Position numbers and translations under genes: made by a program
Notes under the pieces: generated by a model
Databases searched by the model: none
Told to the model about the DNA's origin: nothing
What the model saw: only the letters and a program-made list of their open reading frames with translations
Part shown: positions 52,300 through 61,774 of the stretch, in pieces
Numbering within the stretch: position 1 is the stretch's first letter
Layout: each line of letters opens with the position of its first letter
NCBI GenBank assembly: GCA_965198005.1
Contig: CBDAOI010000003.1
Coordinates: forward strand, 640,001 to 704,000
Reading direction: 5' to 3'
Source: Spirochaetia bacterium
GTDB lineage: Bacteria > Spirochaetota > Spirochaetia > SZUA-6 > Bin103
Length of the DNA: 64,000 nt

Positions 52300-52863
52300 G
52301 ACAACCAGTGGTCGAGCACAGTGGTCGGGATACCACAAGGGGCGACGATTTCGCCGCTGCTGGCGAACGTCTACCTGCACTATGTGCTGGATCTATGGGT
52401 GGAAGCGTGGCGCAAGCGCCATGCCCGCGGCGAGGTCTATATCGTGCGCTACGCCGACGATTACATAACGGCGTTTCAGTACCGGTTTCACCCACATCTG
52501 CGCGCGCCGTCGCACGGACGGGCGCTATACCGTTCTGAGGAAAACCCTCGCCAAGCGGCTCAGGACGAAAGTCCTTGCAGTCACCAGGGAGCTGAAGCGG
52601 AGACGACACGCCCCCGTGCCTCAGCAGGGCAGGTGGATCCGAAGTGTCGTGCGTGGGTACTTCAACTACCACGCAGTGCCAGGCAACTTTCGAGCGCTGT
52701 ACCGGTTTCGTCAGCTGGTAGCGTGCGCATGGCTGCGCGCGCTCCGGCGACGGAGTCAGAAAGGCAGGCGCTTGACCTGGTCTCGGATGCAAAAGCACCT
52801 CGACACGTGGCTGCCGCCGGCCCGAATTCTGCACCCCTATCCCAATGAGCGCCTTCGCGTTGA
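52300..52863 (+). pseudogene. ltrA: Group II intron reverse transcriptase/maturase remnant
   Basis: GIPQGATISPLLANVYLHYVLD, VRYADD, and maturase X-domain RGYFNYHAVPGN...LRRRSQK...RILHPYP in another frame. Confidence 0.85.
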
Positions 52864-52864
52864 C

Positions 52865-53410
52865 GGCGCGCGCGGTGCTGTTTGCCGGCAGCCGCCGCGG
52901 GCAGGTGGAGCCGCCGGTCTGCCGTGCGCTGGTCGAGCGGTTCCGCCGCCACGGGTTCGGGTTCTTCGTGGGCTGCGCGACCGGCGTCGATGCGGCGTTC
53001 CGCGCGGCGCTGGCCCACTCAGCGTGCGGCCCCGACGAGGTGTTCGTCGGCTGCGCGTTCGGCAAGCGCGCACGGCGCTGCCGGGCCGAGGGGCGGTTCG
53101 CCTCGGCGGTGGTGCCCGAGGGCATCCCGCCCAACGCAGCGCTGGCGCGGCGCACCCGGTGGCTGGTCAAGCGCAGCTCGCTGGTGGTGCTGTTCCCCGA
53201 GCGCCCTGCCGACCGGCAGTGGGGGCCGGCTCGCGGCACGTGTTTCGATCGAGTCTCTACCATCTTAAGCCGACCTTCGTGGTGGCCTCACGGCCGCCTG
53301 TCGCTCCGGCGTTCTGTCGGGTGGCGGCCGCCGACCTGTTCGCCACGGTCGACGGCTACTGGGTGGTGCCGCACACCTTCCGCGACGGCCTCTGCGACGA
53401 CGAGTACTGA
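52865..53410 (+). pseudogene. SLOG/DprA-like nucleotide-binding protein remnant
   Basis: VLFAGSR...FVGCATGVD...ALARRT..LV; frameshift near 53230. Confidence 0.5.
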
Positions 53411-53520
53411 GGGTCGAGATCGGAGCATCGGCTTCCCGCTGACCGGCAAGGCCACCCTCGTCGGCGAATGGGTACTATCGCGCTCCACCCCAGCACCGGC
53501 AGCCGAACGCGCCGAAGCGC

Positions 53521-53549
53521 TTGCTACATCTCTCGCGCTGGTCTAAGCT
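53521..53549 (+). promoter_or_regulatory. Sigma70-like promoter
   Basis: TTGCTA-17 bp-TAAGCT; identical at 58463-58491. Confidence 0.6.
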
Positions 53550-53858
53550 GCAGGTGTATGGGTAACGACATGCCCCCCCCCAGCCACCGCGTAGCGCGGA
53601 GGCACCCGACTACCGACTACCGCGCGCCGCTAGCCGCTCAGCCAACCACCCAGCGGCCGACCGCTCGGCGCCAGTGCTGAGCGCGGCACCATCGATCCGC
53701 GTGGCGCACAGCCGCCACGCATCCGTGCGTCCACCGGCCGACCCCGTCGGCCGCCACTTCCACCAGTCCACACCAACATGCGTAGCGACCCTTGCCGGCC
53801 GCCACCACGCGTGGCGTGCGCAGGCTTGCCCTTCGGCGCGGCGCGCGCGCGTCAACAA

Positions 53859-53995
53859 AAGGAGGCATGGGATGAAACACCCGACCGGGTACGACTAACT
53901 CGGACCCCAGGATGTCGCCCTTCGCTCGACTATGAGAGCGCGCTCGCGGGAGCGAGCGTTGCGAGGGGCCGGCAGTGGAATCAGTGCTCTCGAAA
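53859..53995 (+). promoter_or_regulatory. Type-2 leader: SD + micro-ORF MKHPTGYD (53872-53898) + structured RNA
   Basis: AAGGAGG 6 nt before the ATG. GAGAGCG...TGCTCTC stem enclosing the hairpin CGCTCGC-GGGA-GCGAGCG. Confidence 0.6.
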
Positions 53996-54014
53996 CTATT
54001 GTAAGGAGATCTCA

Positions 54015-55811
54015 ATGAGATTTTTCAAAACAGGCCTCGCGATACTGTGCGGCCTGGTTCTGACCGCGACCGGCCTCTGGGCCGCTGGCGCAGAAGAGGC
54101 ACCGGCAGCCGCCGCCGACAAGAGGTATGTGACGGACCCCAGCACAGGGGAGCTAGTGGTCGCGCCAGAGTACGGCGGGACATTGACCTTCCCCACTACT
54201 AAGGAGTTTGAGATTGCCGACGCCTGGTTCATTAGTGGCAACGCCAGTTCGTTCGTCTCCGGCGTTCTAGAGAAGCTAGTTATAGGAGACTGGGCAGTAG
54301 ATAGGGACGAATGGGACTGGCAAGGTCCAAACGTACCTCCAGAATACTTGATAGGGCAACTGGCGGAAAGCTGGGAACAGCCCGACGACACAACTTATGT
54401 GTTCAATATCCGTAAAGGCGTTCACTGGCATGATAAGGCGCCGATGAACGGGCGGGAGCTAACTGCCAAGGATGTCGAATATAACTATCACCGCATATTG
54501 GGTGTGGGCAGCGGCTTCACCGAACCTAGCCCATCATTACATGATATGAGGTCTGTGCAATTCGAATCGATAACGGCCACCGACGACTATACCGTTGTTT
54601 TCAAGCTGAAGCGGCCACACATCAATCCGCTCCCGCTTATCACGGACTGGTGGACAAATTACATATACCCCCCCGAGGTAATCGAGCAATACGGCGACGC
54701 CAAGGATTGGAGGAACCTGGTCGGCACCGGGCCCTGGATGCTGACTGATTGGGTCGAGGCCAGTTCCTATAACTTCATCAAGAATCCTGACTACTGGGGG
54801 TTCGACGAAAAATACCCGGAGAACCGCTTGCCCTATGCTGACGAGTTAAAGGCCCTCGTTATGCCAGACGAGGCAACACGTCTGGCAGCAATCCGCTCGG
54901 GTCGGGTTGATCTGGGAAGTTCGGTGGGCACTATCTCCACTGACATCAAGTCTATCGACCAGGTCGAGAGCCTCCAGCGGAGCAATCCCGAAATCGAGCT
55001 GCACAAGGTTTCCATCCGCTCGAACCATGCTTTTAGTATGAACCTGAATAACCCGCTTTTTAGCGACATTCGAGTGCGTATTGCATTGCAGAAGGCACTG
55101 GACCTCGAGACAATTGCCAATACCTTCTTCAAGGGATATGCAAACTGGGAACCTCGCGGGGTAGTAGGGACTTCTCTCAAGGGCTATTACGAACCATATG
55201 AGGAGTGGCCCGAGGAGATCAAGGAACGCTATACCTATGACCCGGCAGCGGCAGAAGCGTTACTCGATGAGGCCGGATTTCCTCGTGGTGCCGACGGCAT
55301 TAGATTCGAGACTACCAGCCTTGCCTGGGGGCACGCACCCACAGGCTATCAAGAATTGGCCTCTGCATACTGGCGTGAGATTGGCGTTGCTGTAGAGATC
55401 GAGGCAATGGAGTCCGCTCAGTTAGCCAAAATAGCGAGCTCCTCAATGCATGAAGATATGCGCAGCGGGGAGATGAGCCATCATTATCTCGCTGAGCACC
55501 TTGTGGGTCGCTGGTCCGGCAACGTGTGGAACCCCGCCGGCCAATTTTCGGACCCGACTTTTGACGCCAAGCTTGAGACCATGCGAGCTACTACTGACCT
55601 CGAGGAGTACAAGAGGCTGTTTAGAGAGCTGGATATGTACGCGACTGAGAAGCACTGGTATATATGGGGGCCCGAGTCCCCACAGTTTAACTGGAATCAG
55701 CCGTGGGTCATAGGTTATAATGGTGAAACCACGCTGGGTTATGGTCAAGCTTATCAGATGTTGGCCCGCCTCTGGATTGATAGTGAGCTGAAGAGCGCAA
55801 TGGGTCAATAG
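54015..55811 (+). CDS. Family 5 ABC substrate-binding protein, cassette 3
   Basis: RBS AAGGAG, start MRFFKTGL, signal peptide; LAESWEQPD, GTGPW. Confidence 0.93.
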   Translation: MRFFKTGLAILCGLVLTATGLWAAGAEEAPAAAADKRYVTDPSTGELVVAPEYGGTLTFPTTKEFEIADAWFISGNASSFVSGVLEKLVIGDWAVDRDEWDWQGPNVPPEYLIGQLAESWEQPDDTTYVFNIRKGVHWHDKAPMNGRELTAKDVEYNYHRILGVGSGFTEPSPSLHDMRSVQFESITATDDYTVVFKLKRPHINPLPLITDWWTNYIYPPEVIEQYGDAKDWRNLVGTGPWMLTDWVEASSYNFIKNPDYWGFDEKYPENRLPYADELKALVMPDEATRLAAIRSGRVDLGSSVGTISTDIKSIDQVESLQRSNPEIELHKVSIRSNHAFSMNLNNPLFSDIRVRIALQKALDLETIANTFFKGYANWEPRGVVGTSLKGYYEPYEEWPEEIKERYTYDPAAAEALLDEAGFPRGADGIRFETTSLAWGHAPTGYQELASAYWREIGVAVEIEAMESAQLAKIASSSMHEDMRSGEMSHHYLAEHLVGRWSGNVWNPAGQFSDPTFDAKLETMRATTDLEEYKRLFRELDMYATEKHWYIWGPESPQFNWNQPWVIGYNGETTLGYGQAYQMLARLWIDSELKSAMGQ

Positions 55812-55847
55812 GGGTTAAAGCCCCTTGCTACTGACCTTAGGGAAAGA

Positions 55848-55880
55848 GGGAGCCGGGGAGGTGCAAACCTACCGGCTCCC
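55848..55880 (+). terminator. Hairpin downstream of the SBP gene
   Basis: GGGAGCCGG / CCGGCTCCC. Confidence 0.5.
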
Positions 55881-55953
55881 GATACTCCTTGAGAGGGCGA
55901 CGACATTGCCACGCTTTCAGTAGAAGGGCTCCAGTAACAGGGAGAAGTATCAC

Positions 55954-56907
55954 ATGAAGGCCTATATCATCAGGCGTTTATTGTTGATGGTCCCTAGCTT
56001 GCTCATATTGACCGTACTGGTCTTTCTCTCGGTCCGCTTCATCCCCGGCGATGCAATAGACCTAATGACTATGGAGTACGGGGCTGGCCAGGTAGACCGT
56101 GAAGCCCTGGAGCGTGAGCTGGGATTGGACGTGCCTTTCTACGTGCAGTATGGACGCTGGATGGAAGGCATTGTCCTGCACGGCACCCTTGGCAAATCAC
56201 TGTTTGGCGGCGCTTTTTCGGTGGAGGAAAAGATTCTGGATAGATTGCCGGTAACCATTGAGCTCGGTGTCCTGGCGATCGCGATTGGGCTGGTGATAGC
56301 CCTGCCCGTCGGCATCTACTCCGCGATTCGTCAGGATACGGCCGCCGATTACCTGGGGCGCTCGGTTGCCATCATCGGCCTGGCAACGCCTAACTTCTGG
56401 CTGGCCCTGATGGTCATGCTCTACCCGGCAATCTGGTGGGGCTGGTCGCCACCGATGCAGTGGGTTCCTCTCACGGAAGACCCGCTGGGAAGTCTCGGGG
56501 TGTTCATCATTCCCAGCTTGATTCTTGGGACCTACCTTTCTGCAGCCACCATGCGGATGATCCGCACCATGATGCTGGAGGTGCTCAGGCAGGACTATAT
56601 CAGGACGGCCTGGTCCAAGGGGCTGAAGGAGAGGGTCGTTATTATCAGACACGCCGTCAAGAATGCCCTCATCCCGGTAGTTACCCTGATAGGCCTGCAG
56701 ATGCCTATCCTGGTAGGCGGCTCCGTTATCATGGAGAACATATTTAACCTGCCGGGGCTGGGTCGTCTCATGGTGGCGGCACTCGAAGACAGAGACTACC
56801 CGGTGGTCTCCGGAGTAAACCTGTTTTTCGCCACCATGGTTATGGGGATCAATCTATTGATCGACCTGATATATCCTATTTTGGATCCCAGGGTCCGTTA
56901 TAAATAG
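55954..56907 (+). CDS. OppB/DppB-like permease, cassette 3
   Basis: Same motifs as the paralogs. Confidence 0.93.
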   Translation: MKAYIIRRLLLMVPSLLILTVLVFLSVRFIPGDAIDLMTMEYGAGQVDREALERELGLDVPFYVQYGRWMEGIVLHGTLGKSLFGGAFSVEEKILDRLPVTIELGVLAIAIGLVIALPVGIYSAIRQDTAADYLGRSVAIIGLATPNFWLALMVMLYPAIWWGWSPPMQWVPLTEDPLGSLGVFIIPSLILGTYLSAATMRMIRTMMLEVLRQDYIRTAWSKGLKERVVIIRHAVKNALIPVVTLIGLQMPILVGGSVIMENIFNLPGLGRLMVAALEDRDYPVVSGVNLFFATMVMGINLLIDLIYPILDPRVRYK

Positions 56908-56917
56908 AAGAGCGAGT

Positions 56918-57817
56918 ATGAGTAGCGACATAGGGATACCATCAACAGCAAGCGATCCAAAGAGACGTACCGGGCTGGCTGATTTCTTCATCAGGCTGTG
57001 GAAGGAGAAGCCGATGGGTACTGCCAGCGGGATTGTCGTATTGTTATTGATTTTTGTGGCTATCTTTGCCGATTTCCTGGCTCCTTATCCATATTGGGAA
57101 CAACACGTAGTAGACAGGCTTCAGGGCTCATCGGCCCAGTATCTCCTGGGTACCGACCACTTGGGGCGAGATTTTTTGAGCCGCCTTATCTACGGAGCTC
57201 GCATTTCGTTACTTGTCGGTCTGGCGGCGACCGCTCTCAATGTTGTGGTCGCTGTCCTGATAGGCGGCATTTCGGGATTCTTTGGTGGTAAATTGGACCT
57301 GGTGGTGCAGAGATTTGTCGATGCCTGGATGGCTTTCCCGGGACTGCTCCTGTTGTTGACCGTAATGTCCATAGTGGGGCGGGGTATGCCACAGATGATA
57401 GTGGTCCTGGGGATAACAGGAGGCATCGTCAGCTCAAGAACAGTCAGAGGCGCGGTTATTGGTGTCAAAGAGAATGTCTATTTTCAGGCAGCGGCGGCGA
57501 TTGGCAGCTCGAAAGGGAGGACACTCATCCGACATGTCCTGCCCAATATTATGCCTATCGTAATCATTACATTTAGCATCAGCATCGGGGGCGTAATCCT
57601 GAGTGTGGCCGCTCTGAGCTTCCTCGGATTCGGTCTGCCATTGGAGATTCCTGAGTGGGGCGGGCTGCTTAGCAGGGAAGGGCGCAGATACATGGAACAG
57701 GGGCCATGGCTGGCTCTTTGGCCTGGTCTTTGCCTGACTATTACCGTTTACAGTCTCAACATGTTCGGCGACGCCCTGCGCGACCTGCTCGACCCGCGGT
57801 TGCGCGGCGCGACCTAG
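56918..57817 (+). CDS. OppC/DppC-like permease, cassette 3
   Basis: Same motifs as the paralogs. Confidence 0.93.
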   Translation: MSSDIGIPSTASDPKRRTGLADFFIRLWKEKPMGTASGIVVLLLIFVAIFADFLAPYPYWEQHVVDRLQGSSAQYLLGTDHLGRDFLSRLIYGARISLLVGLAATALNVVVAVLIGGISGFFGGKLDLVVQRFVDAWMAFPGLLLLLTVMSIVGRGMPQMIVVLGITGGIVSSRTVRGAVIGVKENVYFQAAAAIGSSKGRTLIRHVLPNIMPIVIITFSISIGGVILSVAALSFLGFGLPLEIPEWGGLLSREGRRYMEQGPWLALWPGLCLTITVYSLNMFGDALRDLLDPRLRGAT

Positions 57818-57828
57818 CCGGGCAACGA

Positions 57829-58040
57829 ATGGCTAGCGCCGAGATCGGCAGCACCGGATTGTCGGTGACGCGCCTCGGGCTGGGCGGGCAGGTCCACCCG
57901 GCGGCAGCTTCCACGGCACCACGGCGGCGGCGGCTCATGCCACGCTGGAGCGAGCCTATGAGCTAGGGGTGCGCTATTTCGACACTGCGCCTACCGACGA
58001 TCGTGGCAGGAGCGAGATCTGCTCGGCCTCCGCCAACAGA
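57829..58040 (+). pseudogene. Aldo/keto reductase 5' remnant
   Basis: IGSTGLSVTRLGLGG then, frameshifted, LERAYELGVRYFDTAP. Confidence 0.7.
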
Positions 58041-58420
58041 CGGTCGAGTGGGGCCGGGGGCCCCGAATCCTCTTCGTCGGCTGCCCGGGCGCCTTCGAGC
58101 GCGTGCAGCAGACCGAAGTCTGGCTCCAGCGGTGGCGCCGAGTGATGGGTCCAGGCGCCGCGACCCGCACGGCCAGGGAGCTGGGCGAGGTAGGCGATGG
58201 TTGAGAACTCACCCGGCCAGTCTACCCGGCTGTCGATCGCCGTCGAATCACGCGACCACCCAAACGTTGTTTTTGTTGGGGCCCCAACTGAAGTGCACCC
58301 GATCCACCATGGGCACGTGCGCGGGCTTGCGGGACCAGACGACCGTGCTGTCGGTGCTTCCAGAGAAGTGTTTGCCATAACCCGGGCGGCCGGCTATAGT
58401 AGTCCGCGTATGGGGACCCA

Positions 58421-59040
58421 CGCGCTCCACCCCAGCACCGGCAGCCGAACGCGCCGAAGCGCTTGCTACATCTCTCGCGCTGGTCTAAGCTGCAGGTGTA
58501 TGGGTAACGACATGACCCAGCCCAGCCGCCGCGTAGCGCGGAGGCACCCGACTACCCGACTACCCGACTACCGCGCACCGCTAGCCGCTCAGCCGACCAC
58601 ACAGCGGCCTACCGCTCGGCGCCGGTGCTGAGCGCAGCATCGATCCATGTGGCGCACAGTCGCCACGCCTCCGTGCGTCCAGCGGCCGACCCCGTCGGCC
58701 GCCACTTCCACCAGTCCACACCAACATGCGTAGCGACGCTTGCCGGCCGCCACCACGCGTGGCGTGCGCAGGCATGCCCTTTCGGCGCGGCGCGCGCGCG
58801 TCAAAGGAGGCATGGGATGAAACACCCGACCGGGTACGACTAGCTCGGACCCCAGGATGTCGCCCTTCGCTCGACTATGAGAGCGCGCTCGCGGGAGCGA
58901 GCGTTGCGAAGGGCCGGCAGTGGAATCAGTGCTCTCGAAACTATTGTAAGGAGATCTCGATGAGATTTTTCAAAACAGGCCTCGCGATACTGTGCGGCCT
59001 GGTTCTGACCGCAACCGGCCTGTGGGCCGCCGGCGCAGAT
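58421..59040 (+). repeat. Type-2 SBP upstream module, copy 2 (promoter 58463-58491; micro-ORF 58817-58843)
   Basis: Direct repeat of 53479-54095. Confidence 0.92.
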
Positions 59041-60753
59041 GAAGAGGGGTCGGCTGCTGCTGCCGAGAAGGAGTACGTGACCGATCCGTCCACCGGCAAG
59101 CAGGTGCTCAAGCCGGCGTACGGCGGGACCATTACCGTTGCGCAGCGACCCCTTGGGTTTGACCACGCCGACACGTGGATCAGTCACGCCGGCGGAGTGT
59201 ACGCGGGAGCGGCTCTGGACAAGTTGGGCCAAGCCGACTGGGCAGTCGACCGCAGCGTCAACAAAATGGTGACCTACTATCCGGAGAGCGTCGTCACCGA
59301 CCACCTGGCCGAGAGCTGGGAGAACCCGGATCCGTTGACCTACATCTACAAGATCCGCGACAACGTCTTCTTTCACGACAAGCCGCCGGTGAACGGTCGC
59401 CAGTTTACCGCTGACGATATGGCCGCGAACTACGAGCGCCTGTTCGGCATCGGCAGGTTTGCCGGCCAGGAGCCCGCGGTGCATACGTGGGGGACAAAAG
59501 CCCTGCCTTTCGAGTCGGTAACGGCCACCGACAAGCTGACATTGGTGATCAAGCTGTCGCGGCCAGCCGCGGACACCCATCGGCAACTGTTCGACGACTG
59601 CCACGTCCGGGCATATCCGCCCGAGACCTTCGACATGCTCGGCAACGTCAACAACCTGATCGGCACCGGGCCCTTCATGGTGAACGAGTACGTCAGTGGC
59701 ACCTCGATCACATGGGACAGGAACCCCAACTACTGGAAGGACGACGAGAAGTACCCGGGGAACCGCCTGCCCTACGCCGACAAGCTCGTGATGCTGTTCA
59801 TGAGCGACGAGGCGACCATACTTGCGGCACTGCGGTCGGGCCAGATCGATATCGCCGGGGCGACCGGTAACGTGCTGATCAAGTCGATCGCCAACGCGGT
59901 GCAGCTGCAGAAAGATGTCCCGGGCACGCAGCTCTTCCCGATCGCGCGCCGATCGGAGACGTCGTTGGGGATGAGAATGGATAAGCCTCCCCTTAACGAC
60001 ATCAGGGTGCGCCACGCGCTGCAGATGGCGCTCGACCTGGAGACCGTCAGGGATAACTATTTCTTGGGCTTCGGCGAGTGGCAGCCGATGGGGTCAATCG
60101 GGCCTGCGGTGATCGGTTACAACAACCCCTTCGATACTTGGCCCGAGGAGCTCAAGAAGTTCTGGTCCTACGACCCGGCGGGTGCCGAGCGACTGCTCGA
60201 TGAGGCCGGATACCCACGCGGCGCGGACGGCGTCCGCTTCCAGACCTCGATCTTGATCAGAGGCGACCGGAGCGACGTGGGCTATATGGAGCTGGTAGCC
60301 GGCTACTGGAAGGAGATCGGCGTGGAGGCCGAGATCGAGGCGGTGGACACCGCCACGTACGAGAGACGGCGCCAGGCGTTAGATTTCGACGGATTGAAAG
60401 ACTTCTGGGCCGTCGGCGCCGACTACGGGGATCTCAACAGTACCCTCGGCCAGTTTCGCGACGACTCAACTTTCAGGGCCGGCACCTTTAGTGACCCGGT
60501 GTTCGAGGCCAAATATGACGAGTTACAGGCTGCCGCTGGTGACGCGGAGGAGCACCGACGGCTGGCGAAGGCGCTCGACATGTACGTCATCGAGCAGCAC
60601 CCCTACATCTATGGTCCGCGGGTTGCAACGTTCAACGTTGCGCAGCCATGGATCGTCGGCTACAACGGCGAGATGGCGATCGGCAACTGCGCCTGGAACG
60701 GGCCGTACGCGCGCATGTGGAACGATAGTCAGCTCAAGGCCGAGTTGAACTAA
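58960..60753 (+). CDS. Family 5 ABC substrate-binding protein, cassette 4
   Basis: Start MRFFKTGL; LAESWENPD, GTGPF. Confidence 0.93.
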   Translation: MRFFKTGLAILCGLVLTATGLWAAGADEEGSAAAAEKEYVTDPSTGKQVLKPAYGGTITVAQRPLGFDHADTWISHAGGVYAGAALDKLGQADWAVDRSVNKMVTYYPESVVTDHLAESWENPDPLTYIYKIRDNVFFHDKPPVNGRQFTADDMAANYERLFGIGRFAGQEPAVHTWGTKALPFESVTATDKLTLVIKLSRPAADTHRQLFDDCHVRAYPPETFDMLGNVNNLIGTGPFMVNEYVSGTSITWDRNPNYWKDDEKYPGNRLPYADKLVMLFMSDEATILAALRSGQIDIAGATGNVLIKSIANAVQLQKDVPGTQLFPIARRSETSLGMRMDKPPLNDIRVRHALQMALDLETVRDNYFLGFGEWQPMGSIGPAVIGYNNPFDTWPEELKKFWSYDPAGAERLLDEAGYPRGADGVRFQTSILIRGDRSDVGYMELVAGYWKEIGVEAEIEAVDTATYERRRQALDFDGLKDFWAVGADYGDLNSTLGQFRDDSTFRAGTFSDPVFEAKYDELQAAAGDAEEHRRLAKALDMYVIEQHPYIYGPRVATFNVAQPWIVGYNGEMAIGNCAWNGPYARMWNDSQLKAELN

Positions 60754-60771
60754 GCTCGTTTTGGCTTTTGG

Positions 60772-60809
60772 GGTCTGGGGCCCGCATCCGCGGGCCCCAG
60801 ACCTTTCTT
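60772..60809 (+). terminator. Intrinsic-terminator-like hairpin between SBP and permease
   Basis: Perfect 14-bp stem GGTCTGGGGCCCGC/GCGGGCCCCAGACC followed by TTTCTT. Confidence 0.7.
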
Positions 60810-60814
60810 AGACC

Positions 60815-61774
60815 GTGCGCACCTACCTCATCCGGCGGCTACTGCTGTTCATCCCGACGCTGTTCATCCTGAGCGCGCTGGTGTTCTTCTCGGTGCGCCT
60901 GCTCCCCGGCGACTACATCGACGTCCTGCTGAGCGACTACCAGTTCTTCGGGCCCGGGGTCGACCGGGAGCGGCTGAGCGAGATGCTGGGACTGAACGTG
61001 CCAACCCACATCGCGTACGTGCGCTGGGTGTCGGGGATCCTATTGCGCGGTACGCTCGGTCAGTCTCTACAACGGGACTTGGCGCCCGTGGAGGCGAAGA
61101 TCCTCGCCAGAGTGCCCGTCACCCTGGAGTTGGGGGCGGTGGCGCTGCTCATCGGCCTGGTGATCGCGCTGCCGGTGGGCATCTACTCGGCGGTGCGCCA
61201 GGACAGCGTAGGCGATTACGCGGGCCGCAGCGTCGCCATCTTCGGGCTGGCCACGCCCAACTTCTGGCTGGCCCTCATGGTCCTCATCTTTCCCGGCATC
61301 TGGTGGGGATGGGCGCCACCGCTGCGACTGTATCCCTTCAACGAGGATCCGCTGGCCCATATCGGCGCGTTCCTCATCCCCGGCCTGATCCTGGGCACTG
61401 GCCTATCTGCCGCCACCATGCGGATGACGCGCACCATGATGCTGGAGGTGCTGCGGCAGGACTACGTGCGGACGGCGTGGGCCAAGGGCCTGCGCGAGCG
61501 GCTGGTGGTCGTCCGTCACGCGATGAAGAACGCGCTCATCCCGGTGGTGACGCTCATCGGGCTGCAGCTGCCGATCCTGGTGGGTGGCTCGGTCATCATC
61601 GAGACGCTGTTCAACCTCCCCGGCCTAGGGTCGCTGTTCGTCCAGTCGCTGTCGATCCGTGACTACCCGATGGTATCGGGCATCAACCTGTTCTTTGCGA
61701 CCTTCATCCTGTTCAACAACCTGCTGATCGACCTGCTGTACGGTTACCTCGACCCGAGGATTCGCTACCAGTGA
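60815..61774 (+). CDS. OppB/DppB-like permease, cassette 4
   Basis: Same motifs as the paralogs. Confidence 0.93.
   Translation: MRTYLIRRLLLFIPTLFILSALVFFSVRLLPGDYIDVLLSDYQFFGPGVDRERLSEMLGLNVPTHIAYVRWVSGILLRGTLGQSLQRDLAPVEAKILARVPVTLELGAVALLIGLVIALPVGIYSAVRQDSVGDYAGRSVAIFGLATPNFWLALMVLIFPGIWWGWAPPLRLYPFNEDPLAHIGAFLIPGLILGTGLSAATMRMTRTMMLEVLRQDYVRTAWAKGLRERLVVVRHAMKNALIPVVTLIGLQLPILVGGSVIIETLFNLPGLGSLFVQSLSIRDYPMVSGINLFFATFILFNNLLIDLLYGYLDPRIRYQ

Larger units (their letters stand above)
53479..54095 (+). repeat. Type-2 SBP upstream module, copy 1 (about 600-bp direct repeat with 58421-59040)
   Basis: Near-identical from CGCGCTCCACCCCAGC through the signal-peptide codons. Confidence 0.92.

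Noticed and set aside
52300-52863. Retron, DGR or defence-associated RT system
   Set aside because: Motifs (PQGA.ISPLLAN, YADD, X domain) are group II intron type, the gene is fragmentary, and no TR/VR pair with adenine-specific mismatches or msr/msd was seen.
53778-54014. N-terminal extensions of SBPs in the ORF track (also 58726-58959 and 19542-19637)
   Set aside because: RBS and signal peptide place the starts at 54015, 58960 and 19541; the extensions are leader sequence.
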